Of a stretch of 64,000 nt of DNA, positions 37,493-49,371 are shown one piece after another. Source of the stretch: Lepidodermella squamata (taxonomy: Eukaryota; Animalia; Gastrotricha); NCBI GenBank assembly GCA_047495785.1, contig JBLDXI010000002.1, positions 434,001 to 498,000 on the forward strand, in the 5' to 3' direction. Position numbers and translations under genes: made by a program. Position 1 is the first letter of the stretch; each line of letters opens with the position of its first letter. Under the pieces are notes generated by a model. The model ran no database searches. It worked only from the letters and a program-made list of their open reading frames with translations, and was not told the origin of the DNA.

Positions 37493-40400
37493 ATGCTAGT
37501 CAGAAGTGTAGTCTTGCTGTTTATACGTAATTTTTCGCACGTTTCCGCTCAAAGTCTTACCTTGTTTTTTAAGAGCTGGTAGTTTTCGACCTTCCCCATA
37601 ATGTGTATGGCAAGGAGCCTGTAAAACCGAACATCACTATCAGCGAGATCACGCCGGAAAATGGCGCAGCGATTGGACTCAACAATGCTATTTTTTTTGG
37701 CTTCCTTGGCGCTGTTTGGTTTCCTTCTATGAAGCCGGAGGTTGGGGCCTCGGGGAACCCTAAGCCCGCAATCAAGATCAATGCGCCAAAGAAGCCAACT
37801 CCAACTAAGCCGAAAGGGGAGAACGCTGTGAAGCCAAAAGTTGGAACCCCTGTGAAACCGACGAAAGCTGCTTCGACCACACAGAAGCCAGCGGGTTAGT
37901 AGTCGATTTCATTCTTTCATTGCTCGCTGTCAGATTATATGAAGATGTGTAGAAAAGAAATCAACAGAAATAGAACTAGCGATCTTCTCATACAGCGAAA
38001 AAATCTGTGAAAGTCGAAAGTCTCTCATCTCGAACACCTTTCACAAGAAAACATTATCCTTTTGATTAATTGATTTCGGCATATTCCATTGCCAACGCCA
38101 TTGTGAAAGCCGCTCATTTGTTCATGAGGGAAAATCCTTTAAATACGTGGCACAACTGTGCTCGAACTGTAGGCTTTATTACACACACAATTCTCTGTAC
38201 CTCGGCCTTCATAGTCTTCTGTCTTCTTTCTTACAGTTGGACCGATTTGCCAAACAGCTTGCGCGAACGGAGGAACTTGCGTTGCTGACAACAAATGCAA
38301 ATGCACAGCTGGCTGGACTGGCGATGCGTGCAAAACTTGTGAGTTTTATATCCCTTGATCGATTCCAGATTCAACGTTCTTCAACCTAAACGTTTTTTCA
38401 GCTGAGTGCTCAAAGCTTTGCGAAAACGGTGGAACCTGCGTTGGACCCGACACCTGCAAATGTAACGGATTGTTCGTTGGGCCAACTTGCTCCCAGGGTA
38501 ACCAAGACTAGCGATCTGGCGAATTCTACTCGAATGCTATAAATGTATTTTCAGGAAAAGCGTTAGTACCTGAGAAAAATACTGATCTCACTTTCGCCGA
38601 AGCTTCACAAGCTTGTAAGAAAGCCAATGCAAGGTTGCTCACTCCCAAAGATCAATCGCAAATCGAAGCCTTGCGGGCTTATTTACAAGAGAAGAAACTG
38701 ACTGCTAGTCCTGTCTGGATTGGCGCTGCTACGTCCGCATACGTATGGGGAAACAATGAGCCTGTTGATAATTCGTTGTGGCACACGAAGAAAGAGGCTG
38801 GCGATGGTGAATGTGAGTTAATAATGTTAGGAAACCAGGAATATTAATATATATATATATATCTACACGCTGAAGGTGTTGAACTCATCACGCGTTATGA
38901 TAACAATGCTAAGTCCTTCGATTCCGGCCTGGTCACTGTTGACTGTGCCAAGAATTATAAATTCATTGTATGCCAGGACACGAAATCGGTAAGCTCTTGG
39001 CCTGATCCGTCTACTGTCAACTCTAGGAATTTCATATGATCCAGTTCATCATGCAAGTATATACGCTCAATGGCAATCGCGCTGGTGCGATGAAATTCTG
39101 CGAGCAAGAAGGCATGCGGCTCCCCATCCTCAGCGATCCTGGTCAGTATGCAGCAGTTGATGGTATTCTCCACGAGTTTTCCTATGGGGAAAACGAGAAA
39201 TCTGTCCCTGTTTTGGCCAGTAGACGCCCTGACGCTAAATTGGACTCCGCAAGCAAAGGATATTCACCAGCTCGTAATTTGCATTCGATTTTGTTAAAAT
39301 CTTAGCTTTACTTGACGATTTCCTCTTTGAATTCTTGCATCAGACGTTCAATACAGTTTTGAAAAAAATACCGTGTCATCCAAGCCAGCAACGGAAAAGG
39401 GAACAGTGATTTGCGAGCGATTCACAGGTGATATAGTAATCGGTGAAATTTAACATAGCACTAATGTGTCATTTTTTCTAGCCACCTGCACACCAGCTTG
39501 TGAGAACGGTGGAACTTGCACTGATACAAATGTCTGCTCATGCCGCGGTGGATTTGCCGGACCAACTTGCAAATCTTGTAAGCCACTTATATAAGCTTTA
39601 GTCAGCCTGTGGAAATCAGTTTATTTTTCAAGCCAAGTTCTTCAAGGTTGCAACAATCGGGAACACGCCTTTCGGCACTTGTGAAGCTTCCGGCGGAGTT
39701 ATGGCCTCGATTCGCACGCCGGAGGAGGCCGAACAAGCTAAAGCAGTCGCCAAGGATGATATGGTTTACATCGGCTTGGGCGCCGTCTATGCTGGGAGCT
39801 CTAACATTATGATGGGTAATTATTATCCCACAAACCGTATTCCTATGCGACCGGGTCCATTCGGTTGGAAAGCCGGCGAACCATCATCCAACGGAAAGTG
39901 TAAGACTCGTGTTGAGCGATAGCCTTGCGATAAATTAAATTTTCCACTTAGGTGTTCAATTTGAGAAAGATAGCTTTTCTGTTGTTGAGTGCAACCAAGC
40001 ACATCTCTACCAATCCAATAGTGGCATATGCGCAGATCGAAATGTAATATTTCGCTTTGTTTCCTGTCCTGCTATTTATCTCTATTCTCAAACAGCTTGG
40101 AAATATCACGGTTGTACAATTCCTAGCCCAAAATGAGTGGCCCAAAAGATGTCAAGAATATTCCGGTGGACTTAATCCTGGCTCTCTCGAATCTCTGGCG
40201 GATTTCAAATTTGCAGTTCAGAACAATTTATGGCGCTTCCCACTTACTCTTGTTAATCGCTATCGCACTCATACTTACACCCATGTCACCGGCGAAAATA
40301 TGGATAACTTCCCAATACCCTGGGCTAAGGAAAGCCGAGTACACACCTACAACGGCTATCCATGTAAGCTATTTAATACGAAAACTTTGAAGTATGTTCA

Positions 40401-40510
40401 TACCTTTGTCACTTTTTGCAGGCGTAGCGCTGCGGCGGGACGGTTTCATTGAAGATATTGCCTGTCGTGATTCTTATGCTAAAACACTGTGCAGCTTGAA
40501 GCCGAATTAG
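37493..40510 (+). CDS. Secreted mosaic lectin: signal peptide, Lys/Pro-rich linker, EGF-EGF-CTLD-CTLD-EGF-CTLD-CTLD, ~682 aa, 13 exons (37493-37526, 37574-37894, 38237-38338, 38402-38497, 38555-38812, 38876-38988, 39045-39273, 39344-39427, 39482-39577, 39633-39899, 39952-40043, 40096-40363, 40422-40510)
   Basis: Three EGF exons (C...C.NGGTC.....C.C...(W/F).G..C) in phase 1-1. CTLD signatures TFAEA...C...A.L, VWIG, YIGL and W..GEPS...C. All exon phases are compatible. Confidence 0.82.
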
Positions 40511-40625
40511 GTCTGATAAATCATCTGTGTGGAGATGAGTAATGTTGCTCGAGGTGAGCTGCTTTGTAAAGATACCGAGCGACTAAAATAAAACAAAGTC
40601 ATTCACAAGAAAGCTGCTATCATGG

Positions 40626-42112
40626 TGACGCCAAACTTACGTCGCAAGATAACATCGAACTGAAGAGCAGTCTTGGAAAATAGGTTGGAAAACGGACAGA
40701 GGTCCCCCATTTTTTCAAAGGTTGAAAGATCCTTTTCTCAATAACAGTCACTCTCCATGACAAGATATTTTGTGGGCAGCTTAGCATTAACCTACTGAAC
40801 AATTTTGAAACCTATCAGGCCTTCGTCCTAGCCACACCCTTTGGCGGGTAAGTGGAAAACATCCTCCGTCACGGACAGAGGTAGTTTGGAAACTATAAAT
40901 ATACCCTTTTTTAAATCTTATTTCTGTAATCAAAAATGAGCAGGGATCGGAAACAAATCATACCATTGTAAGCCCACTAACATATGCCAACAGAAAAAAA
41001 TGTTAGGCCAACTCTTATTTCAATGGGCCGGGCGAATGCTCCGTCACGGACAGAGATTTCCATTTCGTCACTGACAGAGACATTTGACAGTGTCAAATTC
41101 GTCGAGAATATTCTCCTGATGACCAATATGATTAAAGATTCAGATTCCACGGGTCCGATTATCTTAGAGAAGATCAATAAACCTCATCAAGAACCACAGG
41201 TATGAAGTATACCCGCCTGAAAACCTGAGTTTAGCACTCAATCACAAGGCAAACAACAATCAGTCAAAGGCTAAAAAGCTTTTTATATGTCTAGATTCGA
41301 TGAATCTACAACAGCTCATTGAATACAAAATACAAGTCACCTTAACTAAAACGACTACGCTGAGTTCGATTTTTCAATCAATTATCTATTACCGTATTTT
41401 ATCGAATAGTATCCAACCTCAAATAATAGCCCCCTCGAATAATAGCCGCAAAAATCCATCCAAATATTGGGTCCAAAGGTTAATAATAGCCCACCTCGAA
41501 TAATAGCCACATTCCATATAGTAATAACAATAGGTCTAGTATGATCAGCTCATGTAGTAAGGATGGGGGAGGTGGCTAGCTTGCCAGAAAATTGAGACGT
41601 AGAGAAGAGAAAGTGCGTCAACGAGGAAGATAACTACAGTGCATTTAAGCTTAATTACAGCGACAAAGAGGAATATATTCAAGCTAAAAATGTCTAAAAA
41701 TGGCAGTTGAAGTGATAATTTGACGATTTAGGATAAATAATAGCCTGCCTTGAATAAAAGCCCCCTCGAATAATAGCCCGATTTTTTTCACTACTTTTCG
41801 AGTTCGAAAAATATTAATATCCCAGGATACTATTCACTATTCAATAAAATACGGTATCTGTTACCCCCTACAACCTATCGTATTCATCATTTTTTGACCT
41901 CTTTGACCTTAAAAAAGGCGATTCTCTGTCCGTGACGGTTGGGTGGGGCCTTGACTACGAGGGATGGTGGAGGAATGGTCTCATTCGAAGCGTCTTAGCG
42001 GTTAGAAATAAGGAAAAATCACTATTTCCCATACAGCACCTTATCCTTGTCAAAAAATGTGAAAATAGGTGAAAACGTCACGGACAGAGATTTTTTGACA
42101 TGCTTGGCGTCA
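40626..42112. mobile_element. Non-autonomous DNA element with short TIRs and a repeated internal motif
   Basis: TGACGCCAA(A/G)C inverted ends. Motif CGTCACGGACAGAG, exact or variant, at about 40693, 40867, 41042, 41066, 41924 (reverse) and 42076. No TSD found. Confidence 0.55.
41392..41854. mobile_element. Tc1/mariner-pogo-type MITE nested in the 40626 element
   Basis: TA|CCGTATTTTAT.GAATAGT ... ACTATTCAATAAAATACGG|TA, with internal CCTCGAATAATAGCC repeats. Confidence 0.8.
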
Positions 42113-42530
42113 TAATACCAATATTAGTCAAAAACGACTCGAAGGATAATGCTGTCAGTTATTACTTTCAGCAAACGGCTATTGAAAATGATTAAAATTT
42201 GCCTTAATTTTAAATATTAATATCGGGTTACGCAACCATGTCAAAATGTCGAAAGAATTGTTGAGAATTTGAAAATAAATGACGGAATCATACAGGAATC
42301 ATACAGCTATCTGGCGATATGCAACACTTGGTCTGAATGTGAAATTCATGAACTGGTGAGAAGTGATAATTTCTCGTGGAATCGCCCATATAATGACATG
42401 AATTCGAGTCTGCTATCCCACGAAATCAGACAAGCGGAAAGAATCCGGGGAAAGTTTATGTCTATTAACGCCGGGTGGCGCTATAGGCACCGAAGATTAT
42501 GAGAGGTTGATTGTAGTATCGCCCTCCATG

Positions 42531-44026
42531 AGGTGCGTTTTTTATTAAAACCGTGGTGCTATTGTTCAGCGCTGTGATCAATGTTTCGGTGAGATTCGCA
42601 ACAGACGTCGTTTTTAGACTAGCGGAGGGTTACGGAGGGGTTCGTTAATGCCATCAGTTGCCAGACGCTTTGTTTTGATTACGCAACTGCGCTCTCGCGA
42701 AAAAAGTGAATTTTCATTTTTTAATTGGTTTTCAGAGTGAAAATGCCCTGAGAATTTTTTTTACTGAAAAATGAGTTGTAGCTAAAGGAAATTAAGTTTA
42801 GGTTGGGCCGAAATCTAATTCAGCTACCAGCAAATTAATTTTCGTGGCTATGGCACTCAAAATGGAGGCTGGGCAAAATCATTTTGCTGCATTTCACTGC
42901 TGTGAAGAATATTTTGAATGTCGAATGTGACATCAAAATGTGTTGTATTTTATTATTTTATTTTATTATTTTTTATACATGTCGTTCTTTAAAGCAAGGA
43001 CCGCGACGATGTTTTTCATATTTTGTAGAGGTCGAAATGGGGGAGGATTAAAAATTAAAAATTATTATAAATCTGCTGTTATAGCGTGCAAAATAACCAA
43101 CATTACCGAAGCAGGAGTTTTCCGGGTTTTCCCCGTAAATTTTTAATTTCTACGGTAAATCGCGGATATAGGCTGGAAGATTCTTCCCATAGGTTTGATT
43201 TTGAAAAAATTCAGCTAAATTTCCTCCAAAAACTTGCAAAAATCAATAACGATAAATTATGGAACACGCTGAATTTCTGTCGGCTACTACTCTTATTCGT
43301 TAAATCGCGATTAAAAAGGATCAAATATTTTCATCGGTTTTTTTATTCCAAAAATTTGAAAATTTAAAAAATGGTTGCGTAAATCATGGGACAAGTTTTA
43401 TTTGTTGTAGGTCACGACTTTTATTAGAAAAATAGGGCGAAATTCTCAATCCGTGACCATCTAAATGGTGAACCGATTTTAAAAAATTATCGACGTTAGG
43501 GCGGATTCTTTGCTCATCAAATTTCCGATTTGAATATGGCAAAATTAGTAAATTTAATCAGATAATCAAATTATTGAAGAAATTCAACGTGCCGAAATAT
43601 TCCACTAATTGAGGCTACAAGTAAAAATAACTTTCAAGTACCCATAATGAAGAAATTATACTTCTAAAATTCATTTTTGAAATTGCTTTCTTGTTAAGTT
43701 TATACGCTTCGTCTTTGGAAAAAAATCGAGATTCAAATTTCCGAAATTCCTCAGTTGCGTAATCGAAATTTGTCTTAACAGAGCCTCTAAATAGAGCATA
43801 GTAACCGATGGCGTTAACGAACGCCTCCGTACCCCTCCGTCGTGTAAAAACGACGAATGTTCGTAATCCGCGCGGGGATTTGTCTTTTCTGACCGGCCTA
43901 GACTGCAATTCGAGCCGTTCAGTTCATGATAGACGTGCCGATTGTGCTTTCTCTGTTGCGAATCTCACCGAAACATTGATCACAGCGCTGAACAATAGCA
44001 CCACGGTTTTAATAAAAAACGCACCT
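42531..44026. mobile_element. Non-autonomous TIR element with 3-bp TSD (PIF/Harbinger-like)
   Basis: 75-bp perfect TIR (42531-42605 and 43952-44026) starting AGGTGCGTTTTTTATT; ATG duplicated on both flanks; diverged inner arms. Confidence 0.85.
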
Positions 44027-44034
44027 ATGCTAAT

Positions 44035-45970
44035 AGCCGCTTTTACACTACAAACACATATGTATTTCTGACTGTTCATAGTAATTAAGTCTACACAGCA
44101 GTATTAGGTGTTGCGCAATCGCCGCAAGCGATGAAAATTAAATTTTAATTTTTTGGAAATCCGAGTTCCAATTTGAAGGTCACTGTAATTTTGGAGGTAA
44201 TTATTGAGGTATTGAAGGTATATTAAATTAAGTATTGACGGTAATAAATATTAAGATAATGGCGATGAGAGAATTCTGTCATTTTTGTCACTAATATAAT
44301 TAAGTTGGCCGCAGCGCTAAATTTGGACCCAGAAATTATAAAAAATCCCTATAATATATATCAATCAAATATGGCTCCTCTTATCGCTTCTTAGATTAGA
44401 CTCGATTAGACTTCGATTAGACTCAGCATTTTAAATAAATTTCTAGCATGAATTGGCAGCTAAGCCAAATAAAAAGATCCATTTCCTGCTCGACAAAATT
44501 ATTTTAATTGAAATATTTTTGATTACAATTTTGATTACAATTTTGGCTTCGACTTCTTTGATGAGAATGCTCAGTTGAATTTATTATTTTTGGGTCTGAG
44601 GTTCCAGGCTGAAGAAATTAAGGTGGATAATCCGCGGAGAAAATCGATTATTTCCGGCCGAACAAGCCCTTTATTAAGCTTCTAATTATTGTTTTAAAAT
44701 TTGAGAGCCACAGCAATATTCTCGTGCCTACCTCACCGCCTAATTTGAAAAATTTCTTTGTTATTTATCTCATTTTGGATGCATCAAGATTGTATGCCCT
44801 GTTTATGGAAAATTTGATTACAGGCCTCAAAAACAGTAATTTAAGTAAATTTTTTGTATCAACGGTAGGTATTTTCATTTTTCTTTCAAAATAACTGCAA
44901 TTATTGGCAAGTTGTTTTTCCGTAGGATGGAGAAGCAATCAAAAGGCATAGTGACCAATTTTCCCGAATTTTTGCATCATTCTCAATAATTATAAAAAAT
45001 ATTTGATACCGTAAGGCGGTCTTACTTCGGACAAAAACGTGTTTTTGGGGCTTAGTTTTTCGAGGTGAACGAATTTTTTGACGGGCTTTATGTCAAAAGA
45101 TGCGCCTTGAAAAACTGCATATTCAAGTATCAACTCCGGAAAAAAAATAATTTTTCCCGTACAGGTATTAAAGTTAAACTGGTCCGGCTAACTTCGGACA
45201 CAACTGGGGTAATTTCGGACAGCTCAATGTGAATATTTAGATTGGGGTCAAAGTTCACATTAAAGCGAGATGAAATTTGTTAGCAGATTTAAAAAAAAAA
45301 AATTAAAAAAACCAAAATGCATGATGAGGGATTCGAACCCTCAATATTGAATTGTGCTCCCAACGCAGCTTAGTGCTGTTCTCAATAAAATATGGAGTTT
45401 AAAAAATGTCAAGGTCAATTGACATCTTTTTGAATTTCCCGTAGTTTGAAGCTGTCCGAACTTACCCGGGACAAAATTTGTTTTCTAAAGTATTTCCTGA
45501 TCAAAATTTTCGTTAAAAATTGGTTTGAACATGACAGCATTACTAAATCGATGGTGCTCTAGCTTTTCCGCTTCTCTCCAGCAAAAAATACCTACCTGGT
45601 GAAAAGTTAGCAATTTTGGGTCGCGGGACATGACTGCCAAGAAGTTGGACTATTCTTCGCATACTTATCTGTTTTCTATGTTTCTGGTGTCATTTGAAAG
45701 CCAAGACTCAGGGCTATCTTTTGCAATTTGAACGGTCTCTATATTCACCGGGGTTGAGGTTGAGGAGAAATTCCAGTTCAAAGTCAAAAGTGTCCGAAGT
45801 TACCCTGTCCGAAGTAAGACCGCCTTACGGTACCTTCAAAACCCGTAAAACCTTGAAAGTTAAAAAGCGAGAAAACTCGAGTTTGAGTATTGCGCAATCA
45901 ATTCTTTGTCTTAATTAATGACGCACATATTAATTACACTTCATACTTACGCTCTCGTGTAAAAGCGGCT
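44035..45970. mobile_element. Non-autonomous TIR element with 3-bp TSD (PIF/Harbinger-like); a related left end follows at 45974
   Basis: AAT|AGCCGCTTTTACAC ... GTGTAAAAGCGGCT|AAT, immediately followed by AGCCCCTTTTACACTAC. Confidence 0.7.
45009..45830. mobile_element. Tc1/mariner-pogo-type non-autonomous element nested in the 44035 element
   Basis: Perfect 25-bp TIR CCGTAAGGCGGTCTTACTTCGGACA, TA TSD, and internal (C/T)TTCGGACA sub-repeats. Confidence 0.88.
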
Positions 45971-46367
45971 AATAGCCCCTTTTACACTACTACTATGCGA
46001 ATGGTAAATGATGGTAATTGATGGTAATTACTTAATTGTTGAATAACAAGGATTAGCTTGCTTTTGCATTTTTTACCGTTTCATCGATCGCGATTTAAAG
46101 TGAACCAAAAGAATCATATAACATTTCATTTATTTTGCGGCTTGTTTCGAGAGACATTAAAATTTTCAGTAAAACTGGATCTGATTCCCGAGCTTTATTC
46201 GTGCCTTAGCATATTTTATCGCGAAAAAATAATCGTAAAAATTAGCGAAGCCCTTGACTTGAAGTAAATTTTTGGAAAAATTGCTTGCTTCATAATTTAT
46301 TCAGAAGTTAATTTGTGAACATTTTTACTTCTGGTTTCCAAGGTGTTTATTGAATGCTGAATGTTTT

Positions 46368-46617
46368 GGGTCCCCTACAAAGTAGGGAAAATTTAGTAAC
46401 AGGCTTCAAAGCAAAAGCTTCAAAGCACCATGACCTCAAAGCAAAATTAAAAAATGACTTCAAAGTAAAATAATAGCATTAATTCCAAAACATGGTGATC
46501 ATTGCTTAATACTTTATTTTACTTTTTTATGGGAGTGCTTTGAAGCCATTTGGTCTGAAGTGTGCACCATTTGTTGCTCTCTGCTTTATTTGAAGCCTGC
46601 TACTCTGTGGGGGACCC
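46368..46617. mobile_element. 250-bp MITE with 8-bp TSD (Merlin- or MULE-like)
   Basis: AATGTTTT|GGGTCCCCTACA ... TGTGGGGGACCC|AATGTTTT, with internal CTTCAAAGC repeats. Confidence 0.8.
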
Positions 46618-47293
46618 AATGTTTTCCCACGAAAAATTGGCACAACATATTTTCAGTGGAAACAAATTTCTAGGAGAAATTTCGCTAAAATGCGTTTACC
46701 AAATGTTCTCTCATTTCGCGATTAATTTGAAAAATCGAAATAAATGACAGGTAAGTACTCCGTGATGATCAGTTTGAGGCATGGACGTCGATTCAAAAAG
46801 CAAATTAACTTCCGCTAAAAATATTTTGAAATCCTTATTGAATATTTGTAGCATTTTGTGACCTTCTGATTATTAAAGAAATCGCGGCAATTATCGTGGT
46901 TCGAACCTTGATCGGAAAATGAGGAAGTTCCGTTAAAATTAATACGCTAAAATATTTCGGTTTTTATTCCTTAAAATAGCCTAAATTCTCCAGTTTCAGG
47001 ATTGTCGGTTGACAGAGCTGAAACTACTGAAAGAGGTGTAACAGAATGCAGATAAAAAGTTCTTTAATTTGGGGATTTCAAGAACAGATCAATTACTATT
47101 TTCATAAAAGCTTTGCCAATTTTATGTAGGATATCGCAAATAAACTAGCGTCTAGCGTCAGACAATCATGAAACGGCCTTTCATTCATCTAATATTCTCG
47201 TTTTTTTTAAAATACCTGTGCCAGGTATGCTGCCGCTATCCACTATGAAAATAATCAAAAATAGATAATATTTTCGAGCAAATAGTAGGTCAA

Positions 47294-47570
47294 ATGGGGG
47301 AACACAGTGGCGCAGTGGATCGAGCGCCCCCTCATCATCATGAAGGTCGTGCGTTCGAGTCCAGCTGCCCACAGAGCAACACCAAAAAGTGTTGCGGCCT
47401 TGAGCAAGTCGCTTCGCCCCAGCTCCCGGACCTGGACATGCAAAGCCGGTGTGTGCGCATGATTCCCTGTGTGTCTGTGTTAGGCAGTAAAATGCCCACT
47501 CCTTCAAAACGGGAAACCGTTAGAGACGTTTAGTCGTAAGGAGAATAAATAAAGCCATTATTAGTATTAT
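47294..47570 (+). mobile_element. tRNA-derived SINE
   Basis: A box TGGCGCAGTGG and B box GTTCGAGTCC; central GGCCTTGAGCAAGTCGCTT resembling CORE-type SINE cores; AATAAA plus (ATT)n-like tail; 11-bp TSD TAGTAGGTCAA at 47283-47293 and 47571-47581. Confidence 0.88.
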
Positions 47571-47854
47571 TAGTAGGTCAATAGCTAGTTGACGAGTATC
47601 GAGTATTTTTCATGATCGTCCGTCTTTAAATAACACAAATTGTCTAGCGCGCATTTGGCGATTTTAAATTACCTAGACCATAGAGGTATGTAGCGCATTT
47701 AGTGATTGGCCTGAAATGTCATTTGCTATATGTCACCATTAACGGGCAATAATGGCTTGCTGCTAATAACTAAAAAGCGAGCTATAATTCCAAGACACTC
47801 GTCGAAACGCGCTGAAACGTTCTCATAGGTGCGTTGACCAGTGGATTAGATATC

Positions 47855-48593
47855 ATGTCAGGTATAGCCGAGAAGAAAGCCGAGAATTCGAGAATTCAAG
47901 GTGAAGAACAAACCGAGTTCGACGTATGAACCAAAGCCAAAAGAAGAAGAAAAGGAGAAGAAGAAAGATTTCAATCCAGCAACCGAGTCGAAAGAGGGCA
48001 GTGTAGCAACTGTTACGGGTATGAGCATTACCACAAAATATGTCCCAGCCTGAAAAGAGGAGCTGAAAATGAACTGCGCTTCGAACAAATACGACGTTTC
48101 GAACTCCGTCGAAATCAAAATCAAGCTGCTTTTATGAGGATGGGACCTAAAAGGCCACCGTATTTCAACCCGGCGGCGTTGCATCACCACATGGGATTCC
48201 AGGTTGGTTACAGTGTACTACTAAACAGATTTCAAGTGCTAGCAGAAGCGAGTCGACGAACAATGGAACCTTTTTGAAAAAATAAACTGTTATAACCATA
48301 ATGATGCTAACAGCGAGAGCGAGAAGTCAAATGGATTCTGTCCTTGGCGAAGGAGGAGGAAAAAACAAGGTAAGGGTAAAAAAATTATTTCCCACAAAAA
48401 TGATGAAAAAATCGAAAATTTTAAAATTGAACGATTTGGAACTCAAAATTTGGGAACTGTTAACGAAAAAGAATTTGATGTTTTGAAAACCTTCGAATAC
48501 AACGAACTAGTGGCTCTAGGACTAGTCAAAATCGATAATTCCATTACTTGGGGGAATTTTCTAAAATATATCATCGTATTCCAGAGGTTTTGA
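47855..48593 (+). mobile_element. Decayed 5' part of a non-LTR retrotransposon (CCHC knuckle, probable start of APE endonuclease)
   Basis: The frame from ATG 47855 has one internal TGA (47927), then CSNCYGYEHYHKIC (C-x2-C-x4-H-x4-C, at 48002) and NRFQVL. After a frameshift it reads RFGTQNLGTVNEKEFDVL...ALGL, resembling APE motif I. Not present in the ORF track. Confidence 0.65.
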
Positions 48594-49371
48594 AAACCAT
48601 TAACCACATTTCCAAATTTAGGATAGGAATACATTTATCATTTGATTTGCCAGATTCTAACCAATTATTCCAATCAGTCACGCTTTCAGGGTACGTTATT
48701 CGATAATTTGAACATGGCTGACTTCCACTAGTCTTAATGGATCAAAAATGTTCTGCGCCGTAACATTTCGAGCAATTAGGACGGAAGGTAGATTCATATC
48801 TGAAATCCAAATCACAAAGCCTTATTTTCCTTCTTCCATGATATTTCTTGTTGATGGTCGATGAATTCGAAGGTTTTATTTGCTTGTTTCATGACTAAAT
48901 TCGCACTAGTATTTGCTGGTGTGAATAATATCTTCGGGTTGCTGTTCAGGATATTCGACAAAATCTGCAAATGATCGGTGACCGCTGAGCTGATTTGACT
49001 TTCACCTAACGGTAAAATACAACATTTGCTTAGCTGCTAGTTAAGCAAAACCAGGGGTCAAGAACTGAATGTGCACGACTCACAGTGATCAGGCAATATG
49101 ACAAATGTTACGTTACGCAACAAAAAATTATTCAAAGTTTCAAGCTCATTGGATCGTTTTATTTTGACCTGTAATAAGATTTTATCCTCAGACTCGGTCC
49201 TATAATTCAGTTCGAAAAAACGCGCGAGCTTTCCACACTACGCCCTTGCTTGTACAATTTTCAGGAATTCATGACACCTTTCAAATTAAATTAGGAGAGA
49301 TGATCCGCCCAGGCTGCATGTAATTCTGAAGACGGACAGGCAATATTTTGTAAAGCAAATTTTTAACGGTC

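Noticed and set aside
40690-42090. Spaced repeats resembling a CRISPR array
   Set aside because: Irregular spacing, mixed orientation, eukaryotic context and no cas genes; these are transposon subterminal motifs.
47296-47370. Possible tRNA gene
   Set aside because: Acceptor and anticodon stems do not pair properly, and it continues into a SINE body with tail and TSD.
47927-47929. In-frame TGA as selenocysteine or read-through
   Set aside because: It lies in a frameshifted retroelement relic; most simply a TGG-to-TGA nonsense change. No SECIS was recognised.
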